Virus record (IMG/VR): IMGVR_UViG_3300021185_002167
Span: 64,060 to 128,059 of that record
Length of the DNA: 64,000 nt
Source: a virus
Direction: 5' to 3' (one strand)
The stretch's first letter is position 1. Each line of letters starts with the position of its first letter. This document shows, in pieces, positions 9,073 through 17,365 of this stretch. A program made the translations under genes and the position numbers. The notes under the pieces are model-generated. The model had not been told where the DNA came from. It did not search any database and saw only the letters and a program-made list of their open reading frames with translations.

Positions 9073-9513
9073 ATGAATATTGAACAATTAAAAGAAACAC
9101 TAAAAATTGACGAAGGAGTAGTTTATGAAATTTATAATGACCATCTTGGTTATCCAACATTTGGAATTGGTCACCTCGTTCTTGAACGGGACGGAGAACA
9201 TGGGTTACCGGTGGGTACTCCAGTCTCAGAGGATAGAGTTAGCGAATGCTTCGAACAAGATGTACAAATAGTAATAGAAGATTGTAAAAAATTACACGAC
9301 GGATGGGATGGATATCCTCAAGAAGTGAAACAGATCATTGCGAACATGATGTTCAATATGGGACTTACGCGCTTAAGTAAATTTAATAAACACAATGCAG
9401 CGCTGCAGTGTGGTGATTGGAAGGAGGCTGCTATAGAAGGCAGAGATTCAAGATGGTACAAGCAAGTAACAAACAGAGCCGAGAGGCTAATGAAAAGACT
9501 CGAAGAGGTATAG
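9073..9513 (+). CDS. T4-type lysozyme (GH24)
   Basis: DEG....IY.DHLGYPTFGIGH catalytic E-D-T pattern, NM.FNMG and SRWYKQVTNRA.RL. Confidence 0.93.
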   Translation: MNIEQLKETLKIDEGVVYEIYNDHLGYPTFGIGHLVLERDGEHGLPVGTPVSEDRVSECFEQDVQIVIEDCKKLHDGWDGYPQEVKQIIANMMFNMGLTRLSKFNKHNAALQCGDWKEAAIEGRDSRWYKQVTNRAERLMKRLEEV

Positions 9514-9616
9514 AAGCGAACTATAAAGGACGTTTTTACTGCCATGAGAGAAAGGATTATTTCCCTTGGAAAGAATTCGTTAACTATAAATATAATAAAT
9601 GATGGAGGTAAATATT

Positions 9617-9916
9617 ATGGATATATCATTCATAGTGATTGTTGGAGTCGTGGTAGCCATAGTTGGTTATGCAATATACGATTCAATGAAACCCGGTTCA
9701 GGAGTTAGAGCAAGAAATGAAAAGGGACATTATATAAAAGATGACCCTACTACTGCTAAGAACGAAGCTTTCGTAGATGGTAAAACACCACCTAAGAAAA
9801 AGAAAGCTCCGGTCAAGAAAAAGCCAGCGGCTAAAAAGCCTGCAGCTAAGAAAACAGTAGCTAAGAAAGCTCCTACGAGAAAACCTAGGGCAAAGAAAAC
9901 TACGACAAAAAAATAA
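9617..9916 (+). CDS. Membrane-anchored protein with Lys/Ala/Pro-rich histone-H1-like tail
   Basis: N-terminal TM, RARNEKGHY..DDP.T..NEAF motif, KKPAAKK repeats; GGAGG upstream; TATAAATA at 9585-9592. Confidence 0.7.
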   Translation: MDISFIVIVGVVVAIVGYAIYDSMKPGSGVRARNEKGHYIKDDPTTAKNEAFVDGKTPPKKKKAPVKKKPAAKKPAAKKTVAKKAPTRKPRAKKTTTKK

Positions 9917-9937
9917 TTTGCAAATTAGTTTTTATAA

Positions 9938-9963
9938 GAGGGGACTTTAAAGTCCCTTTTTTT
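9938..9963 (+). terminator. Rho-independent terminator
   Basis: GGGACT-TTAA-AGTCCC followed by T7. Confidence 0.88.
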
Positions 9964-9986
9964 ATGTGTCTTAGCCTTCGAGCTAT

Positions 9987-9994
9987 TATAAATA
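9987..9994 (+). promoter_or_regulatory. T4 gp55-type late promoter heading the curli/cyclase cassette
   Basis: Intergenic TATAAATA just after the terminator. Confidence 0.75.
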
Positions 9995-10027
9995 ACCATA
10001 TAAGTTAATTTATAGGACAATAATAAC

Positions 10028-10279
10028 ATGGCAACAGTAAAACTTAAAGGATCAGAAACTAATTTAGCAACTGATACTAACGTTAATTTCGCTACATTAG
10101 TAAGAGTAGTAAATAATAAAACATCAATTCAGCTTATAACTATAAAAGATGCTGGTGGTAGTACTAAAGGTACATTTACAATGACAGCTGGTTCAGTAGA
10201 ATTAGTTGAAAAAACCGCAACTGATACTCTTTTAGGAGCTGCAACATCATTAGCAGTTAAAGTAGCATTCACTAAGTAA
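10028..10279 (+). CDS. Small beta-rich hypothetical protein
   Basis: AGGA RBS; first gene after the late promoter. Confidence 0.7.
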   Translation: MATVKLKGSETNLATDTNVNFATLVRVVNNKTSIQLITIKDAGGSTKGTFTMTAGSVELVEKTATDTLLGAATSLAVKVAFTK

Positions 10280-10575
10280 TGGGTGAAATATTTACGCTTA
10301 TATCCGATCTAGGATTACCTATTGCGGGTGCTCTAGTAATGGGATATTTTATATTTGTTATAATAAAGCAAATACTTGAAGGCGTTGTTGATGACATAAA
10401 CACTCTTACAATGTTTTGTTCATCACTTGAGAATAGAGCAAGAACAATGAGTAATGAAATGATTAAAATAGATTTACTTGTAAGTAGTGCATTGGAATTA
10501 AGACCCGATGTCGAAAGAATAGCTAGGGCAGAAAATTTTATTGAAGATGGAAAGCTCGACGTAAGAAGAGATTAG
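10279..10575 (+). CDS. Single-TM plus coiled-coil protein (YvrJ/BhlA-like architecture)
   Basis: LISDLGLPIAGALVMGYFIFVII followed by a helical tail. Confidence 0.65.
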   Translation: MGEIFTLISDLGLPIAGALVMGYFIFVIIKQILEGVVDDINTLTMFCSSLENRARTMSNEMIKIDLLVSSALELRPDVERIARAENFIEDGKLDVRRD

Positions 10576-10576
10576 T

Positions 10577-10846
10577 ATGGAACTGGAAATAGCTGATATA
10601 GTAGGTAAGTATGGATTTCCAACTGTCATGGTTGTAGGTTTAGGATATTTTGTATATTTTGTTTATAACTTTATACAAGAACATTTAGACCCTGCAACAG
10701 AAAAAATGCATTTTCAATTAATAAAAGTGATTGACCAAATGAGAATGTTAGACCAAGACCTTATAAGATTACAGCAAAAAGTAGATACAGTATTGGAATA
10801 TAAAGAAAATGAAAAGAAAAAACAAGATAGAAAAGATGAAGTATAA
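10577..10846 (+). CDS. Single-TM plus coiled-coil protein, apparent paralog of the previous gene
   Basis: IVGKYGFPTVMVVGLGYFVYFVY followed by a heptad-rich tail. Confidence 0.65.
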   Translation: MELEIADIVGKYGFPTVMVVGLGYFVYFVYNFIQEHLDPATEKMHFQLIKVIDQMRMLDQDLIRLQQKVDTVLEYKENEKKKQDRKDEV

Positions 10847-11348
10847 AGCAGAAGCATTTACCTTAATGGGAATATTTATTTTGTCGATATCAAGTCTTGG
10901 TGTAAGTGCTGCAGAGATAGTACATAAATTTAAAAATCCTTCCTTTAGTGGAATAGGTACTGCTTCTCATTATCTTACTGTAGAGAATCAAGAATTCTCT
11001 CGTAAGAAATCTATAGAAGAAGCATTAGCTGCAGCAGAAAAAGCAGCGCAAAGAGAAGCTGAGAATACTACTCTTGCTAAGTTTATAAGAAACTTGGAAA
11101 GTAGAATATATGCTCAAATGTCAAAACAACTTGTTGAGAGTATGTTTCAAAATGATGGCGCAGTAAGATTTGGTTCCTTTACATTAGAAGGATCAGTCGT
11201 TACTTATGAAGTGATAACCAATGAAGATGGTTCAGAATATATTAAAATGTCTATAATCGATGCAAATGGAACTGAAACTGTTATTCAAATTCCTATAGGA
11301 ACAGGTTACTTCGGGAGCGATTATGGTACGTCAGCTGACGGCGGTTAG
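10836..11348 (+). CDS. csgF: Curli assembly protein CsgF-like
   Basis: Signal peptide then AEIVHKFKNPSFSG (CsgF F.NP.F.G motif), F...LESRIYAQ.S.QL; directly upstream of csgG. Confidence 0.85.
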   Translation: MKYKAEAFTLMGIFILSISSLGVSAAEIVHKFKNPSFSGIGTASHYLTVENQEFSRKKSIEEALAAAEKAAQREAENTTLAKFIRNLESRIYAQMSKQLVESMFQNDGAVRFGSFTLEGSVVTYEVITNEDGSEYIKMSIIDANGTETVIQIPIGTGYFGSDYGTSADGG

Positions 11349-12240
11349 TCTTTCAATAGCCCTATTATCTAGTTGCGCAGCTGTACCTAGATACTCAGAA
11401 AATCCTCAGGATTGTAATAAAGATACATGGGGCGAACAGTATGACCATGACCTATGGAACTATGCAAAAGCTTCAGGAAGAACATTTGAAAGAGCAATAC
11501 CGTTTATATGTGTTGACGCACCTGAAGTTGTTAAGTTACCATCATTTATAAAACTACTACAACTTCCACCAGCTGAATCTAAACCAGTAGTTGCAGTTTA
11601 CCAATTTGCAGATAAAACTGGTCAAAGAAAAGCAAGAGAAGGTATAGCCGATTTTTCTACAGCAGTTACTCAAGGTAGTACTGAAATGTTAATTGATGCT
11701 CTTAAAAGCGCAGGTAATGGTAGTTGGTTTAGAGTTGTAGAGAGACAAGGATTAGATAACCTTGTAAGAGAAAGACAAATTATTAGAAGTGCTCGTCAAG
11801 ATATTGCAAAAGCAAAAGGCGAAGAAGAAGCACAAGGTATACAACCACTATTATTTGCTGGAATGATAATAGAAGGTGGTATAATAGGTTATGATACAAA
11901 CATCCTATCCGGTGGCCGTGGAGCTAGAACGTTAGGTATAGGAATAAGCAGACAATATCGTAAAGATGTTGTAACAGTTTCAATTAGAGCAGTATCTGTT
12001 CTAACTGGAGAAGTTTTATTAAACGTCCAAAGTAAGAAAACTATCTTATCTTATGGAAGTGGCGGTGATATTTTTCGATTTATCGAAGAAGGTACACAAT
12101 TGATAGAGTATGAAGACGGAGTGGGTAAAAATGAGTCAGTGACATACGCAGTACGAACAGCCATCGAGGCCGGAGTACTGGAATTAATCAACCAAGGTCA
12201 TGATAGAAGATTTTGGAAAATAGAAGGAAAAGAAACATGA
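11323..12240 (+). CDS. csgG: Curli secretion channel lipoprotein CsgG
   Basis: Lipobox LLSSC; VAVYQF.DKTGQRK, FSTAVTQG, WFRVVER.GLDNL..ERQIIR, EGGIIGYD, V.TGEVL motifs. Confidence 0.95.
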   Translation: MVRQLTAVSLSIALLSSCAAVPRYSENPQDCNKDTWGEQYDHDLWNYAKASGRTFERAIPFICVDAPEVVKLPSFIKLLQLPPAESKPVVAVYQFADKTGQRKAREGIADFSTAVTQGSTEMLIDALKSAGNGSWFRVVERQGLDNLVRERQIIRSARQDIAKAKGEEEAQGIQPLLFAGMIIEGGIIGYDTNILSGGRGARTLGIGISRQYRKDVVTVSIRAVSVLTGEVLLNVQSKKTILSYGSGGDIFRFIEEGTQLIEYEDGVGKNESVTYAVRTAIEAGVLELINQGHDRRFWKIEGKET

Positions 12241-12962
12241 TAAAATATATTTTAGGCCTAAGTTTATTTTTTAGTTTAAACTCTTTCGCAGCAGCATCTG
12301 ATGATAATGAAATTAATATTGCTCAAGTAGGTGATACACTTACTTTGTATATTGACCAAGTAGGATACGGTAACAAAATAGGACTTGATAACTTTGACAG
12401 TAGTTCAAGTGCTATGCCGATTACTGGGTCATCATTAACTTTCAATATCGACCAAATAGGTAATGAAAACTTACTCTTTGGTAAACTCACAGCAGATTCT
12501 TCATCTTACACTTTAGAGTGGAATGGTGATAATAATGTTTGGGATTGGATGATTGGAGAAACTGGTTCAGCTGATAGTTCAAACTATTTAGTTGATATAA
12601 CTGGTGACTCTAATACTATGGACCTAGACCAAGGTTCATTATTTAGTGCGGAAAGATTAAATTTTGATTTAACAGTTTTAGGTAGTTCGAACGTATTTGA
12701 TGTTGACATAGAAACTGATGATGTTATATGGAACTTTGATGTTACAGGTAGCACAAATAATATTAATACTTTACAAAAAGATGGATACTATAATGAGATT
12801 AATTTTACTCTTGATGGTTCCGGAGCTGATGTAGACATTAACCAGATATCTGGTACGTGTCCTACAGGAGTTTCAAGTTGTAAGGGTATTATAACACTTG
12901 ATGTGGATAGTGAAAATGCAACAATTCAAATCAATCAAAAAGATTCAGCTAACGATAGTTAA
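12237..12962 (+). CDS. Secreted curlin-like beta-repeat protein (CsgA/B-like)
   Basis: Signal peptide; repeated x-I-x-Q-x-G-x-x-N units (IDQVGYGN, IDQIGNEN, ITGDSN, VLGSSN, VTGSTN); adjacent to csgG. Confidence 0.72.
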   Translation: MIKYILGLSLFFSLNSFAAASDDNEINIAQVGDTLTLYIDQVGYGNKIGLDNFDSSSSAMPITGSSLTFNIDQIGNENLLFGKLTADSSSYTLEWNGDNNVWDWMIGETGSADSSNYLVDITGDSNTMDLDQGSLFSAERLNFDLTVLGSSNVFDVDIETDDVIWNFDVTGSTNNINTLQKDGYYNEINFTLDGSGADVDINQISGTCPTGVSSCKGIITLDVDSENATIQINQKDSANDS

Positions 12963-14073
12963 TCTTATACTTGTAGGGTTTGTTTCGGCAGACCCTATAG
13001 GTTCTATTGTAGAGCAGTCCGGTTCTACGCAAATTAAAAGACAACAAGAACAAATAAAAATAACTGATGAGGTACAACCTGATATTCAGTTAAATGATGT
13101 AGCTGAAACGGCGAATGGTAAACTAAAAATAAAGTTTTTAGATGACGCTCAATTAGATATCAAAGAACATAGTGAAGTGTTAATTGATGAAATATATTAT
13201 GACCCAGACCCATCACTCTCTAAAATGTCAATGAAGTTTACTATGGGAACAGCAAGATTTGCTTCAGGTTCTCTTGGATTAGTAAACAAAGCGAATATAG
13301 ATATACAAACACCAACAGCCACGATAGGTATTCGTGGTACAGATTTTACAACAACAATTGATGAACTTGGAAGGTCATTAATTATGTTACTTCCTGATGT
13401 AAATGGCGATCCATCAGGAGAGATTACAGTTACAAACGAAGCTGGAGTTATAACTCTTAATCAAGCTTATCAAGCAACAATGGTATCTTCGTTAAATACA
13501 ATGCCAACTAAACCTGTTACTATCGGTGGTATTACACCTTCAATGATTGATAATATGTTTATTGTTAATCCACCAAAAGAAGTAAAAGAAGCTATAGAAG
13601 AACAGGTAAAGGATGATTCAAATAAAGACCAAGGATTACTTGATATAGATTACTTAGAATATAACGAATTAGAAAAAGACTTTGATGATTATGCTAACGA
13701 TCCTGATTATGACGCTCGAAATGGTAGGATTGATGTTGATTTTTTAGCTGGTGAATTTTTACCAGACCTTTTAGATGTTGTAGAAGAATTAATTAAAACA
13801 ACTGTTGTACTTGGAGATAAACAAGGAGCAACTGGTGGAACAGCAGGATTTAAACTTGAAGGTGCTCAACTTGGACTGAATAAGGATAGTCAATATAATA
13901 TATTCTTAGAAGATTCAGGTATTGTATTCTTTAGAGATATTAATGGTGTCATAAATCTTATATTCGAAGCAGGAGCTTCAGTTAATCTTAATACTGTTGT
14001 TGATGGTTATGAAGGAACAATCACAATGAATGGTGGAGACGATATAAATATTTACATAAGGCAGGTAAACTAA
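12916..14073 (+). CDS. FecR-domain periplasmic protein
   Basis: Signal-like N-terminus; D...T.NG...I.FLD...L.I.EHSEV.ID, G..RF.SG, I.TPTATIGIRGTDF and G.I.V.N.AG. Confidence 0.88.
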   Translation: MQQFKSIKKIQLTIVNLILVGFVSADPIGSIVEQSGSTQIKRQQEQIKITDEVQPDIQLNDVAETANGKLKIKFLDDAQLDIKEHSEVLIDEIYYDPDPSLSKMSMKFTMGTARFASGSLGLVNKANIDIQTPTATIGIRGTDFTTTIDELGRSLIMLLPDVNGDPSGEITVTNEAGVITLNQAYQATMVSSLNTMPTKPVTIGGITPSMIDNMFIVNPPKEVKEAIEEQVKDDSNKDQGLLDIDYLEYNELEKDFDDYANDPDYDARNGRIDVDFLAGEFLPDLLDVVEELIKTTVVLGDKQGATGGTAGFKLEGAQLGLNKDSQYNIFLEDSGIVFFRDINGVINLIFEAGASVNLNTVVDGYEGTITMNGGDDINIYIRQVN

Positions 14074-14144
14074 TGAAAGAAAAAAGAAAAACTCTTGTAT
14101 CAATTTGGACAAATGGTAAAAAAACAGTGAGAGTATACTCATGA
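14073..14144 (+). CDS. 23-aa micro-ORF bridging the FecR gene and the second curlin-like gene
   Basis: MKEKRKTLVSIWTNGKKTVRVYS; TAATG overlap upstream and ATGA overlap downstream. Confidence 0.4.
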   Translation: MKEKRKTLVSIWTNGKKTVRVYS

Positions 14145-14788
14145 AAATGATAGCATATATATGGCTTATCTCATTTTGTGCTCTTTCATTTGCAGGAGAT
14201 AACCACGTACATATAGAACAAGTTGGTGGTGGAGATAATGTTGAGATTGATGTTACTCAAATAGGATATGATAATGAAATTAATTTTTCATTCGATCATC
14301 AAAATAATGTGTTTAACTTAAATCAAACTGGAAGTGGTAACTATATTGGTTGGGTTTCCTATTGGGGTTCAGGTAAATCATGGGGTGGTGATGTTGATGG
14401 TACTAATAATAGCGAATCAGTTATGCAATTAAACGGTGCGACTTATGGTAGACATATATGGGGAAATAGTAATGACGTTGATATATATCAGAATGGAACA
14501 CATACTCATAACCTAGACTTACATGCTAATTCTGTAGACCATGACCTATGGCAAGAAGGAAGTGGTAGTCATTATAATCATACTTATTTTTATGGCTCAT
14601 CATCTTATTCAGATACAAATATAATGCAAAAAGGAACTGGTTCTCATAACTCTCAAATCACATTACAAGGTTCATATGCAACTACATTAAATATATTACA
14701 ACAAGGATCGATTAATCAAGCTTATTCATTAACTCAAAATTGTCAAACAGTAGGCGGTTGTACAGTATCAATTACTCAAGGAAATTAG
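14141..14788 (+). CDS. Second secreted curlin-like repeat protein
   Basis: Signal peptide ending SFA; repeats IEQVGGGDN, VTQIGYDN, LNQTGSGN, IYQNGTH, LWQEGSGSH, IMQKGTGSH, ILQQGSIN. Confidence 0.78.
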   Translation: MKMIAYIWLISFCALSFAGDNHVHIEQVGGGDNVEIDVTQIGYDNEINFSFDHQNNVFNLNQTGSGNYIGWVSYWGSGKSWGGDVDGTNNSESVMQLNGATYGRHIWGNSNDVDIYQNGTHTHNLDLHANSVDHDLWQEGSGSHYNHTYFYGSSSYSDTNIMQKGTGSHNSQITLQGSYATTLNILQQGSINQAYSLTQNCQTVGGCTVSITQGN

Positions 14789-14811
14789 TATAACACTTTG
14801 TATTACACTTT

Positions 14812-16650
14812 ATGAAATATTTAACTTCAATATGGACAACTATTATACTTGGTATTACACTTTTAGGTGTAAGAATTCTAGACCCTCAGTTATTAGAACA
14901 GTTTAGGCTCAGCATATTCGATCAGTATATACAATCTCTTCCAGTAGAACATTCGAACGATATAGTGTTGATTAATATATCCGAGTCTTCACTCGAAGCT
15001 TATGGTCAATACCCTTGGCCACGTCAGAATCACGCAGCAGTGATTTCTGATTTAAGGAACTCGAATGCTGGCATGATAGGGTTTACTATAATGTTTCCAG
15101 AAGAAGATCGTTTCGGAGGTGACACTATCTTTGCGTCTTGGATAAAAGATAATGGTATTATTCTTGCACAAGATGCGGATCAAAATGGGAGAAGTTCTAA
15201 AGCACCTTATGTAGGGTATGCAACATTTGGTTATTCAGGAGATCCATTAGATCTTACATATCGATATAAAGGACTGATTACAAATATAGAAGAATTAGAG
15301 AAACATGCATGGGGAGTAGGTCTATTAAATGGAGCTCCTGAAGTAGATAATCTTACAAGAAGAATACCATTAATGTCTCAAGTTAACGGAGATTTATATC
15401 CATCATTTGCATTAGAAACTGTAAGAGCAATGCAAGATAAGAAATCGTATACAATAAAGTTAAATGAAGCTGGAATTGAAAGTATAGTATTAAGACCTTT
15501 TATAATACCAACAGATGAGAGAGGTAGTATATGGTTAAAATGGAATACACACTTTGAATCAATTGATTATGATGGACAACCATTACCAGATTTAAAAGGA
15601 AAGACAGCAATTATAGGAGTTACTGCAAAAGGTATTGTTCCTCAAGTATCTACTCCAGCTGGGTTATTATATCCACATCAAATACAAGCAAATGCATTAC
15701 AGACAATAATATCTGATAATCCTATATCACGGCCTCAATGGACTTATCTTGCTGAACTTGCAATGATTCTGATTGGTTCTCTTCTGATTGTATTAACTGT
15801 ATACTATCTTCCGATATGGGTCGGTGCTGTATCCTTCGTCGGCTCTGCAATCGCTGTAAGCTTTGCTTCTTATTACGCCTGGTACGAATTTTCTATACTC
15901 CTCGATTTATCAGCTACTCTAATAATATATATACTTTTACTCACCTCATCGAGTTTCAATAATTTTTATAAACAATTCGTATTAAGACAACAAGTAAAGA
16001 AACAATTTGGTACATATGTATCTCCTGACTTAGTTAAACAATTACAAAAAGACCCATCACTCTTACGATTAGGTGGAGAAAGAAAAGAGATGACCTTTAT
16101 GTTTATGGATATATGTGGATTCACTCCTATATCAGAATATTATAAAAACAAAGATGACCCAGAAGGACTTGTAATTCTTATAAATAATTATTTAGATACT
16201 ATGACAAAAATCGTTTTAAAGAACGGTGGAACTATAGATAAATTTATGGGTGATTGTATCATGGCATTTTGGAATGCTCCACTTGATTGTGAAGACCATG
16301 CCTTTAAAGCTGTACAAACATCGATCGAAATATGCGAGGCAGCTGATGAACTTATACAACAACTTGAAGAGCAAGGTTTACCTAGGATTGATATTGGCAT
16401 TGGTATCAACACCGGGACTTGTATTGTCGGAAATATGGGTTCAGAATCTAGATTTGACTATTCCGTCATTGGAGATGCCGTTAACCTCGGGGCTAGACTC
16501 GAAGGCCAAACAAGAAATTATGATGGGGTTCGAGTGTTGTTGGGACCGGAAACTTATAGAAGCTGTAAAGACCGAAGAGTATTTACACAAATCGATAGAA
16601 TCCGTGTTAAAGGAAAATCCGAGAAAGTTACAATATACTCACCAATCTAG
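14812..16650 (+). CDS. CHASE2-domain class III adenylate cyclase
   Basis: CHASE2 motifs (I.E.SL..YGQYPWPR, D...RRIPL, YPSFALE), three TM helices, cyclase motifs FMDICGFT, DKFMGDCIMAFWNAP, GIGINTG, GNMGS..RFDYSVIGDAVNLGARLE. Confidence 0.95.
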   Translation: MKYLTSIWTTIILGITLLGVRILDPQLLEQFRLSIFDQYIQSLPVEHSNDIVLINISESSLEAYGQYPWPRQNHAAVISDLRNSNAGMIGFTIMFPEEDRFGGDTIFASWIKDNGIILAQDADQNGRSSKAPYVGYATFGYSGDPLDLTYRYKGLITNIEELEKHAWGVGLLNGAPEVDNLTRRIPLMSQVNGDLYPSFALETVRAMQDKKSYTIKLNEAGIESIVLRPFIIPTDERGSIWLKWNTHFESIDYDGQPLPDLKGKTAIIGVTAKGIVPQVSTPAGLLYPHQIQANALQTIISDNPISRPQWTYLAELAMILIGSLLIVLTVYYLPIWVGAVSFVGSAIAVSFASYYAWYEFSILLDLSATLIIYILLLTSSSFNNFYKQFVLRQQVKKQFGTYVSPDLVKQLQKDPSLLRLGGERKEMTFMFMDICGFTPISEYYKNKDDPEGLVILINNYLDTMTKIVLKNGGTIDKFMGDCIMAFWNAPLDCEDHAFKAVQTSIEICEAADELIQQLEEQGLPRIDIGIGINTGTCIVGNMGSESRFDYSVIGDAVNLGARLEGQTRNYDGVRVLLGPETYRSCKDRRVFTQIDRIRVKGKSEKVTIYSPI

Positions 16651-16948
16651 AGATAGAGAGATTCTATTGACATGGTATTTACTTAATGCATTAGATGTCC
16701 ATTCAACGTTAAAAGGATTAAAATATTCATGTATAACTGAAGCCAATCCAATACTGCCAACTGTACCACATAGGGATAATCTCTTAATTCATAAATCAAT
16801 TGTATTAAGTAGTTTCTTTAATTTAGATCTATGGAGTGCTGAAGAAATATGGGTAATGAATCTTGTTATGGCTTCTGTTGTTATCGATAATTATAAAATT
16901 GTAAATAGATCTAAAAAAAATCCAACAACGTGTCCTAAACGCGGTTAA
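16604..16948 (+). CDS. Small membrane protein, DUF5658-like (start uncertain)
   Basis: 3' part of track ORF 16250-16948; LNALDVHST..GL.....EANP pattern; candidate GTG at 16604. Confidence 0.5.
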   Translation: MLKENPRKLQYTHQSRDREILLTWYLLNALDVHSTLKGLKYSCITEANPILPTVPHRDNLLIHKSIVLSSFFNLDLWSAEEIWVMNLVMASVVIDNYKIVNRSKKNPTTCPKRG

Positions 16949-17003
16949 AACTGCTGACATAGTGATTGTTGTGTAATTAATTTAATTATTTTCACTCGAA
17001 CCG

Positions 17004-17032
17004 TTTACATTTGCTCCCAACTAGGGTATAAT
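17004..17032 (+). promoter_or_regulatory. sigma70-type early promoter
   Basis: TTTACA-17bp-TATAAT; 28/29 identical to 17988-18016. Confidence 0.85.
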
Positions 17033-17065
17033 ATACCTATACAATTTAAAAGATAAGGAGTTTAA

Positions 17066-17365
17066 ATGAATATAACAACAATAAAAGAAATCGTTCAAGA
17101 ATTTGATGGCATCAAATTTACAACAAGTGGTAAAACTTTCGAAGGCTATGTCAAAGAAGTTAATGACACTGATATAACTGTAAGAGCATATGATAAAGAT
17201 GAAGTTGAACCTAATGGGTTAGCTGATCATTCTACATATATCTTACCTTACGTAACATTTAAAGGTATTAATTTAGAATGGTTTTATGAAGGACAAGGAG
17301 CTGATAATTCAGCAATCGGAATGTCTGGATATTGGGTTAACGATTTACAAGAGGTAGTAGCATAA
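17066..17365 (+). CDS. Hypothetical early protein
   Basis: Strong TAAGGAG RBS behind the promoter. Confidence 0.75.
   Translation: MNITTIKEIVQEFDGIKFTTSGKTFEGYVKEVNDTDITVRAYDKDEVEPNGLADHSTYILPYVTFKGINLEWFYEGQGADNSAIGMSGYWVNDLQEVVA

Noticed and set aside
9417-9602. ORF overlapping the lysozyme 3' end
   Set aside because: The 3' half (FYCHERKDYFPW) may be a real micro-gene, but no credible start or RBS could be assigned
11443-14551. 15-nt exact repeat GACCATGACCTATGG (DHDLW) shared by csgG (11443) and curlin-2 (14537)
   Set aside because: A few 15-mer matches are expected by chance in 64 kb of AT-rich DNA, and there is no flanking similarity
16250-16603. Long alternative-frame ORF overlapping the cyclase domain
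   Set aside because: The 5' part looks like a shadow frame of the conserved cyclase; only the 3' ~115 codons look protein-like
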